A stretch of DNA of 63,985 nt, filler included, from Streblomastix strix (Eukaryota): NCBI GenBank assembly GCA_008636045.1. It is 3 parts of 3 records of this genome, joined end to end, with 100 filler letters (N's around TTAATTAATTAA, not from the genome) between each part and the next. Parts side by side here need not be neighbours in the genome. Positions count along the whole stretch, not along the records: positions 42,906 to 63,985 come from SNRW01000398.1; 2 more parts are not named here. One strand, given 5' to 3'. The position numbers were made by a program, and so were the translations under genes. Below are positions 48,927 to 63,985 of this stretch, piece by piece (the stretch's first letter is position 1; every line of letters starts with the position of its first letter). Below the pieces are notes generated by a model. That model was not told the origin of the DNA. It saw nothing but the letters and a program-made list of their open reading frames with translations, and did not search any database.

Positions 48927-51900
48927 ATGATTGGAAAATCTAAACCAAATCCAGTTAATGTCGGCGATTAAATTGGTAACTATACAATTGAGAACATTAT
49001 TGCAACTGGCTTAAATTGCTTTATTTATTCTGGAAAACTGAAAAATACAATCACAACTTCAGTCGCCATTAAAACTGAGATTGACATTCCATCTCGAACT
49101 GCACTCAGCCGTGAGATTATAGTTCTTGAAGCAGTAAAAAGTTTATTCTTTTATTTGCAATCATATCTAATTAATATTTGTATTATTAATTTATCAAATT
49201 GCAGATTAAAAGCATTTTGCCAAAATTATAGAAACAGGAAATTACAAAGAATTCCGTTTTGTGGTTACCGATCTACTTGGACCTAATTTAAGGTTTGTTA
49301 ATAATTTATTATTACATGCTTTAATTAATTTATATTACTCAGAGACCTTGCACATCGAAAGGAACCTCATAGATTCGGTCTTTAAATTCTTCTGAAATTC
49401 GCTTATCAGGCGTTTGAAAGTCTACAAACACTTCACTAAGCAGGTTTTATACATCGCAATGTAGAGTCGGTGCGATTTTGTATTATATTTTTTAATTTTT
49501 ATATAACACTATATTTAATATATATTTTCAATTATATTTTAATAATAATTTTTTTTACTCATTAATTTTTTTTTTAATTCACATAATTTTTTTTTAATCA
49601 TTAATTTTTTTTAATCATTAATATTTTTTTAATTCCTAAATTTATTTATTTAATTCAATTAATAGAAAAACTTTGTTATTGGCTTTACTAAATAAACCGC
49701 TGGAATCTTTTATTTGATCGATTATAGCACTTGCAGAAAGTTTAATTTCAGTGATACATCACGAGGAAATTTATTAGAATAAACTAAAAAAAATTAATCA
49801 AAACCAACATTTTAATAGTAATAAAAATAAACAACTTTTTCAACATTTACGTCAATGAAAAGTGATTAATCTTATGAATAACTATAAATCGTATTAGAAT
49901 CAACACCAGAAGAAGATTTGATGAGAGTAATGAATATAATATCGGAATACTATACTGGAAAAGACTAAGTAGCTGAAATGATAAACAGAGTATGATTCAT
50001 ATAAAGTGTTTTATTATTATTTTTTGAATTAATATATTATAATATTCTTAATACAATATATTGTTAATTGTTATTATTTTATATTTTCAATTTAATTTTA
50101 ATACAAATTAATTATATATATATCAGATGAGCAAAGAACAGCGCGACCAAATCGACCAATCCCTCAAAATTCCAACTGAATTCCAAGAGTTGAATGAAGC
50201 AATAATTAATTACTAACCTGATAAGAATCCTGATTACAGCCATTTCCTTCAAATTATACAAAAAATCACAATGCAGAACCAGTTGGACTTAAATTAACCT
50301 TTTGACTGGGAAATCGAAATGGAGCACATGAGAGTTTCTGTTATAAAAAGTTACTATCAGAATTTGAGTAAGAATAATTCAATAATACAGATGGTATAAA
50401 ATAGTTAAGATAATCAAAAGAAAGAAGAAGAGAAGTTAAAGGACTAGTAAAATAGTCTCAAATCTACACTTCAGAGCTTGTTTTCTTCGCTTCCGTCTTT
50501 AGATAGTATTTAATATGAGTTATCATCAACAAATTTGCTTCAGGTTCCACCAAAATTGAACAAAGAAGTTCATATGCAAGAAATGATACGAAAATAACAA
50601 TTGAATATGCGAAATGCACCAAAATCGTCTCAAAACCTGAATTAAATGTAATCTAGTACACGAATGTTGCAAAGTTAGGATCAGTTCTCTTCATTTGACA
50701 TGATGTCCAGCACAAACACACTAAATTCAAATTCTTCTTTTTCGTCCATGCAATATTAGACTTTGAATAACCAAATGATGAATTACAATTCCAATAGCTA
50801 ATAAAATTTGAATCTAACTTAAAATAATCAATAACTAACAAGTCCTCCTTCCATTTAAAATAGAATGCCAATAAATCAAACTTTGTTAAAGCAGCTATCG
50901 ATAAACCAGCTTTAAATAAATCAATAATTAAGAAGTCCTTCTCAAATAAATTTTCAACAGCAGCAAAATTCAGATTAATTTAATTCTCTAATCAATTCTA
51001 GGCCAAGGTCGTTTTCTAATCCAAATTCGTTTTTACTCTAATAACCTTAGAACTTATAATTTACATCTGATAATAATAATAATAATAGTGCAAGGTCTGA
51101 ATCCGTAACAAATTAACTAAATATAAATGGCAATAATAATAATAATAATGAATTATTTGATTAATAAAAAGTTGAATATGATCCAAATCAAGTTAATTCA
51201 AAATTGAATTAGATGCAATAATAGTAATAATTATAAATATAATTTTAATTGGATTAAAAGTTCAAACCAACAAATTATTTATAACAACTTAAATTGTAAC
51301 AACAACAATAATTGCAATAATAATAACTTTTGTTTTTTTAATAACAACAATCAAATACGAAAGACAGTACATCATTGAATAATTCTTCACCTTCAGATCA
51401 AAAACTTAATTTTCCGCAAATTCCAATAAATATCAGCCCAGAAATAAGCATCTTAGCGAACAAACGCATCCAACTATAAAACAAATCCAAAAAATAAAAT
51501 CAAACTAAAAATCATACCTTAAACCAATTTTCACATATTATGCCAACTCTTTCAATGATCCCCTCTGAAACTGTTGATCCAGATGATATTCTGTAAGAAG
51601 GGAAAGAAGAATTCATGGATTCTTTCATAGATATCATCGATGAAAAAAATTTGAATGATTTGATTAGCAAACCTCAGAATGAAACTAATATAGAAAGCAA
51701 TATGGATGGTTAGGGAAGTATTAATATGAAAGATACAAATAAAGGAGAAGGAGGTCATTCTTATTCGAATTTAAAGTATAGTAGTTAATTATAAATGAAT
51801 GATAAGTAATAAGATAAATTAGTAGAAATAAAATAAGGAAAATAATAAGAAATACAAATAGAAAATTCGATAAATAATAATAATGCAAAGATGAACGAGA

Positions 51901-53770
51901 AAGAAAAAGAATAAAAATAATAAATCAATTAAAATCAAAACTAAGAGAAAGAAAAACTTGCAGTTAAAGGAGTTGTAAAGAAGAGAACAATTAAAAGTCA
52001 ATAAGTTAATATTTAATAAGAGAAAAATAGTAATAATTAATAAAGCCAAATTAATAAAGTATAGCTTTCTACTTAATAAAGTAATAATAATAATAATGTC
52101 AATTAAAACGTAAACATTAACATAAAACCTCCTGCATTTCAAACTTCAGTTCTTTTTACTTAACAATAATAACCGTTAGTTAAACAGGATATATCAAATA
52201 CAGAAATACCAAATTTAACATAAATATACAATAACTAACAATTGCAAAAACAAACACAATCAAATTTTGATCTTCCTTCAATATAAGTTAATTCACAAAT
52301 ATAAGATTTTTCTCCAAAATTAAATATTTCTCCAATTTAAACTTTTTCGCCAATTTAATCTTTTTCACCAATCCCAATTTAATCTTTTTCTCCAATCCCA
52401 ATTTAATCTTTTTCTCCAATCCCAATTTAATCTTTTTCTCCAATCCCAATTTAATCTTTTTCACCAATCCCATTAATTTCAGAATAATCATTACCAAATA
52501 TATAAGTCAATACTTCGCCACTAATTCCATTTGGGTCGAGTAATTCTGATCCAATTTAACTTCCTGTTCTAAAAACAAACAGTTAAACTACTAATGTCAG
52601 TAAACCATCAAGTCCTATAAAATCTCCAAAATTTTAAAAAAATGTTTAATCATAAAATCCTAAATTATTGAAGAATTTGACTTCATTTCAGCTCACTTTT
52701 TCTTCTTTATCTTCATCTTCTACTACTGCTTCAAACAATACTCGGTCTAAATAGTCATTAATTCCATAGTAATTATAATAGCAAGGAACATAAACATCAA
52801 CTTCATCTACTTCATCATCAACTTCTCCATCACCTTCAACATCATCATAAATGTCATAAATAACATTACCATAGCTCTAATTATAACCGCTCTAATCAAA
52901 ATCATTGCATAATTAATTACCATAACTATAGTAAACCCCTAATTATTAACCAGCTTCCAATTAACCAGCTTCCAATTAATCAACTTCCAATTAATCAACT
53001 CAATCCGCTCTATCTACAACATTCCAACTCAAGCCAATACAGATGAACTCAATTTATCCATCAATAATCTAATAATCCTCTTTATAACCTACATTTGTAT
53101 AGCATATCTCTTAGAATTCAAATACTGATCCACTTTTATCTCCATCTGTTCCTTTACATTCATCTCCGCTATCTGAAGCTTTCACCTCTTCGAGTCTAAT
53201 AGTTACTCCGCGTTCTCAGCTTAATTCTCCGTTTTAAGGAGGGTAGGACTTATCATTTATGAATAAGGCTAATTTAGATTTGCCGCAGTTCCACTTAGAT
53301 ATGAATTCATTAAACTAGTAGTCAAATTAATAGAGTTTGGACATTACTCCACATAAGAATTAATAAAAGTTTGATTTTAATATTTATAATAATAGTGCAT
53401 TTTCTTCTTAGTCTTATTTAAATTAATCTAATTAATAATAATTAAAGCCAAATGCAAATATATAATAATCATAAATTTAAATGTAAAAATAAAATCCATC
53501 TAACAATTTATCTACTCTTCCTACAATTTATGCTAATTAACCATTAGCAACTTCTGCTTAATTTACACTACCTTAGAAAACATCAGTGATTTAACAACAA
53601 AAGGTTTTTACTGGAAATTCAAATTAATTGGAGAGTGTTTAAACAAATGCATCTCCTTTCTAATTCCAATAATTTGAATTGAATTAATTGAATAGTAAAT
53701 AATAACAAATACGACAGTCACCTTAAAAAAACAGACAACTAAAGCTTGATTCATAGTAGTTATAATAATT

Positions 53771-53825
<55 letters not shown>

Positions 53826-53948
53826 TAACAACAACAACAACCTTAATAATAATTTTCTCTGACTGGATCAAATATACTGTCGCCTGGCATAAATATTAGT
53901 AAATCAGTTATTAACAGTCCTCCTCCTTTTAAGGATATTAAAGGATGA
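48927..53948 (+). CDS. CK1-family pseudokinase with very long Q/S/N-rich tail, multi-exon
   Basis: VAIK and DLLGPNL retained; Gly loop ATGLNC, HRNVES in place of HRDVKP, DYS in place of DFG; TGA 53946-53948. Confidence 0.8.
52320..52490 (+). repeat. Coding 24-bp tandem repeat (SPIPIQSF), about 6 copies
   Basis: tctccaatcccaatttaatctttt units. Confidence 0.85.
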
Positions 53949-54802
53949 GATAGATTGGATAAAATTTGAATTTATTTTAATTTTAATTTTTTATTTATTT
54001 TGGTTATATTGTTGGAAATTTAGATGAAATATTATTCGATAATAACACCTCTTTTCTTTTATTAATTCTTATAAAGTTGGTGGATGAAATTTTTATTTAT
54101 TGGAAATATTAACATTTACCATAAAACATCTAAATTAATTAATTTATTAATATATTTAATTATTTAATTATTTATTATTGCATATTTATTATTAATTTGT
54201 TTATTTACTTTTTATGCAATTTAACTAGTATAACTGTATCTCAAATTATTTAATAATATCAGTCCATAATAATTAATTTATTATAATCTCATATATTAAA
54301 TTATTTATTTGACATCTATATTAATTAATAATACACTTAATTGAACATAACTGATTTCGATTTAATTCACAAAATATACAAAATAATTCAAAAAATTGAT
54401 ATAAAATAAAAAATTGTTAAATATAAAATTAGAATAAAAATGCCTTTCGATTTAAGCGCTTTCAAATAAAAGAAAAATTAAAATAGTGAATTAGGAATAA
54501 TTATTAAGACCTGACAATAAGAAAGTGAATATTACAACGATACAAAACAATATTTGAAGTGAATTTAAACAAAAGAACAATAAGACTAATTAAATGGAAA
54601 ATAAATATAAGTTTTCAGGTGATAAAGTAAAAGTTTAATATTCAATGGTTATAGTAATTCTATAAATTATGACTAATAATAATAAATTTTCTATAATATT
54701 TATAGTGCTATTTGAATATAAATGGTTTCTATTTGAAAGTTTAAATAATATTAAATATATATAAAATAAAAAGTGAATTAAAAATAAATAAATAAAAATA
54801 TA

Positions 54803-59784
<4,982 letters not shown>

Positions 59785-60339
59785 TTGTAGTAATCTAAAG
59801 TTCAATGACAACAAAAATTAAATATAAATAAAAAATAATTTAATTGATTGAAAACACAAATTTAAAGAGTTAGAATTAGTTTTTTAAAAATATTTTTTAT
59901 ATTGATTAAATAAGCACGAAAGAGAGTTTAAATTGATTGAACTATATTAAATAATGTTAAAGTAATAAATAAATATAAAATTATAGTAATTAATTAAATT
60001 AAAAATTCTTGTGTTATGCAATGCACTTAAAATAAATCAAAAAAACCGAATGTTAATTTTGGAAGTTAAAAGAATGTATAATATGGAAAAAGTAATTTAA
60101 AAGAATAAATAAGCAACTATTAGTAAGAATTCATTGCTTAAAGTAAGGATTTAAGTTTAAGAAAATGGTAGAAGATAATGTTTAAAGTTATGTTTCAATT
60201 TTTCCTTTGAATTATGATTATAAAATATATCTATAATAATTAAATCTAAAATTAAGAGATATATAAAACTTACAGATATATAATCAATTATATTTACTGT
60301 GGACGATAAAAAAAGTAATTAACTCTAGAATCCTATATT

Positions 60340-63316
60340 TTATTATAGTTTTTTATTGGACAAAGTACGAACAATCTGGGCTCTTCTACAATCTTTTGAT
60401 GATGGTCATTTCATTAATCATTTCAGTAGTTCTTCGAAGTTATCTTGTAATTCTTCAATCTTTGTTTGATAGAACTTCTGGATATTTTCAAGGTATGCTC
60501 CATCTTCTTCTGTTGCTAAGTTCAGTGATCTCTCTAAGAATTTTTGTGAACTTGCAAAAAAAATTAAGCACTTGCATTTCATATAATTTTAGAACTAACT
60601 ATTTTGCTTTATTTCATTCTAAAACAAAACTGTCAACATCATTAATGTTTAATTCAAAGAATTCAATATTATCATTTTCATCATTTAAACTAAGTTTCTG
60701 ATCTTTGTTTCTTGAAATTCTGCGACCTTTTTCACTAAACCATCTCTTTGCAATTTCAAGAGCTCTTTATTTAGAGAGTACTACCCATCCATTCATCTTT
60801 ATATTCATTAAGTATTGGAGCATATTTGGACCTATCTTATTTCCTTGTGGGGTTTTAATGCGTTTCATTTGGGAAAACCCTCGCTCAGGCCAACAATTAT
60901 CTAATGGTAATGTTAATGATACACGTGACAAAAACTGAACTGATGGAAATGCGTCATAAGAGGATGAGTCTCGATTTGCAAGTTACAGACACACTTGATC
61001 TGGTTTCATTTACTTCAAATTTGTAGTTAGTTGCAACCTAAGTGCTCTCCATTCCAATTAGATATCATCTTCCGTTACATCAATTAGATATTTTTGATAA
61101 TGATTATATAAATTATTAATTTCATCTATACCATATTAATCATTATCTTCATTAAATTGTGCCAATTATGGATTAAATATAGCGAAATTTGAAATGAATT
61201 TCTGGTCATCTAGTCGCTAAGATATATGATTTATTGTTTAATCAATATAGATGTTTGATATTTTTATTTGCCATGCAATATCTTCATCATTCAATTTCCA
61301 TTATTATTCTTACTTATCTTTAAGTTATTATTATTTTATTTAATCTGATATTGTTTCGATTTTAATGTCAGTTTAAATTGTTCGTTTGGACCTATGCATT
61401 TCTTGATTTTGTAAATTTTCTGTTTTTGCGTACTTTTCCAATTCAATTTCGAATACATTCCAGTTTTCTTAAGTTTCTTTTATTATTAATTATTGATCTT
61501 TAATTCTTTATAATTCAGATTTGCAAGTTTAAATTGCTGCTGGAACTTAATTAAAAGTCAATTATCCTTACTAAAAGACGAGCGACAAACGACGAAGATG
61601 AAATAAAACTGCTTTTAGAATAAACAGTGATTGAATAAATTATTTCTTCTTAGTCTGATATAAAAGTCCACTCGCAGTTGAATTAAATCTTTCCTGCCAA
61701 ATCTTAGATAATGCCATCCATACAGCAGGTAATTCTTTTAAAGAAGCAGTAACAGCCTCAAAACACGAAAGTCATCAAATAGGAACAATTCATTTCAGTT
61801 TCACTTGCCCATCTTAAATTAATTTGTGTATATCCTCTAATATGGCAGCATGCAATGGAGATGTAACGAAAAAGTGCCAGAGTTACTATGTAATAACTTC
61901 AGCACTTCTTAGTGGTTGAAGTTCAGTTGCGGGAATTGAATCAAGTGATGCGAGATTGAGTCTATGAGCACAGCAGTGAACAATAGTTACTTATGGAAAT
62001 TATTGACGAATCATTTAAGTCATTGAATGTCTGCAACCAGTCATATTTGATGCCCCATCTACACAAATACCCATAAAATTTTTAAGATTCAATCCATGTT
62101 CCTGGCACATTTCATAGAATGTTGATAAAAGATTTTCTGCTGTTGCTCATTTGCTCGATAATGGACGTATATCAAGAAATGCAGTTTTAAGTTTATTGTC
62201 TTTGTCAATGAATCTTATGAATGTAGCAAATTAATTTAGTGAAGAAATGTCTGTGCTTTCATCAATACAAAGCCCGAAGTATTCTGCATTTTCAAATAAC
62301 ATCTGTATCTCTTCAGATATATAATCAGAAATGCATTTAATGAAATCATATGTTGATTCATAGGATGTATGATCAAAATCAGTCAGTTCATTTGATTGCA
62401 CAATAGATGCGATTAGTTTTTATAGTGAATCACATTTATCATTAGCATTTTAATTATATGCAATCCAATATATTGATTCTACTTAGTCAGCTGATATTTT
62501 TATCATTTTGTTTATCTCTTCTTATGCTTTTTGATAAATCGGAGAAGATTTTTGCAAATGTATCTTTTCAATTGCATACGCATGTGAATCTGTTCCTAAA
62601 TGATCTCGAAGTTAAAATTTCTGTGTCGGATTTCCAACAGTAATAATATATTTTTAATCTTTTATTAGAGCAACATCAGGGAATTATTCACAAATTTTGC
62701 ATTTTATTCCATTTTTGCTAGGATCAGAAAGTCGAAAAATTGGTTCATTATTTTCATATAAAAACTATTCTTCTCTTAACCAACTCAGTTTAAAATGATG
62801 AATTGATTCTTTTAGAGAGATTCGCAGTTTTTTATTTTACTCTTCGACCTAATCCATTTTTTATTCTACGTTATTATCGATCAACTTTTAATCATTATTA
62901 TTTTCATCGTTTTCTTTTTCATTTATCTTTAAATTAAGTTATTAGTCTTCTGCTTCTTAATTTATCATTTTATTGTAATTGCGCTTTATCGGAACTAGAA
63001 ATTAGAAAGATAAATTTAATTAAATAGATTTAGAAAAATTATTATATAGTAAATATATTTATTATTATAAAAATAAATTTAAACCAGGTTTTTATTTCAA
63101 AGAAAGTTAATGCTCTTTATCAGATAAGTCATTCTCTTCAGTCGGATTTTATTAATCCTTATGCATATTTCCTAATTTAGTCATATATAATTGCGTTTGT
63201 TCTAATTTTAATTAAATTATTTGAATTTGAAACAAACTAAATAATATTTAAATTATCAAAATATATTTAGAAATTACTTTAGGCTTATTCTTCATCTTCT
63301 GCTCGTTGTTTTTCAT
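60340..63316 (-). pseudogene. hAT-family transposase pseudogene; boundaries approximate
   Basis: FGLCIDESTDIS, GICVDGASNMTG, VHCCAHRLNLA and dimerisation motif TLPLDNCWPERGFSQMKRIKT; in-frame TGA at 62147-62149, 61790-61792 and 61772-61777. Confidence 0.85.
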
Positions 63317-63985
63317 ATTGATGAGTTATTCTTATTGTATCTATAATAAATATAATTAAAAGTTATATATATTTATATATTAAAATTTAACAATTAAAAA
63401 ATTCAAGTATTTTTAATTTTTAATTGTTTCTTTCGTAATAATTGCTTTATTAAAGATTTTAGTATTGAAAAAATGTCTAATGTTAGTAAAAAGTTTAAAT
63501 ATAACTGAAATTATTATTATTAAATATAAAATATTTCATAAAATGATTAAATAAGGAACAAATTATATAGTAATGAGCAATTGTTGTTAATGTTTGGAAT
63601 AAATTTCAATACTAATTATAAATTATAAATTTAATAAAAAATTATAATAAATTAGTATTAAATAATACAATAAAATTTTTTGAGTATCATGATAAATAAA
63701 CTCCAATAATTTTTTAGGTAAAAAATAAAATTTAATAACTATTTTCTATATTTTTTAGACTATTTTTAAATAAATAATTGAAATATTTCAAATTATTAAA
63801 GGTGAAATGTAGAAACATTTGCACAGATATGAAACCGTTAAAAATTTCAGAAAATTTTTTATTTTTAAATAAAATTTTATTTAATAAATCAAATTTAATG
63901 TTATTAATATTAATTTTTATATTTGAACATATTTTAAACGAACAATTCATGGTTTATAATATTAATTTTTTTTCCTTTTTTTCCT

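Noticed and set aside
59800..63985. TIRs and 8-bp TSD of the hAT element
   Set aside because: No matching inverted pair found; the far end may be outside the window

Overview
The window is three unrelated AT-rich eukaryotic contigs (1-21355, 21456-42805, 42906-end) joined by artificial N/TTAATTAATTAA linkers. Genes only read through if TAA/TAG encode Gln and TGA is the sole stop, so the supplied ORF track is mostly fragments. The code, GT-AG introns and gene families suggest an oxymonad such as Streblomastix (inference). Contig 1 is a 10.6-kb inverted duplication (position i pairs with 21356-i, 183-bp central spacer) of an intron-free, gene-dense Polinton/Maverick-like virus segment written in the host code. 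It carries an A32/FtsK-HerA packaging ATPase, a probable major capsid protein, two phage-tail-fibre-like proteins, a candidate membrane-lytic peptide, an HNH endonuclease, a KilA-N protein, small ORFs, shared upstream motifs and a family of ~24-nt palindromes. The spacer holds the last 45 codons of what looks like a Polinton-type DNA polymerase, which points to a fold-back chimera. Contig 2 has a decayed DIRS-like retroelement, a 405-bp mini-Maverick (AGTAGT...ACTACT termini, 27-bp TIRs, 6-bp TSD) and host genes (YhhN-like, MORN-repeat, SDR reductase, ARM-like families). Contig 3 has two inverted CK1/TTBK-like kinase paralogues flanking a pseudokinase, and a hAT transposase pseudogene. All translations were done by hand and no database search was run.
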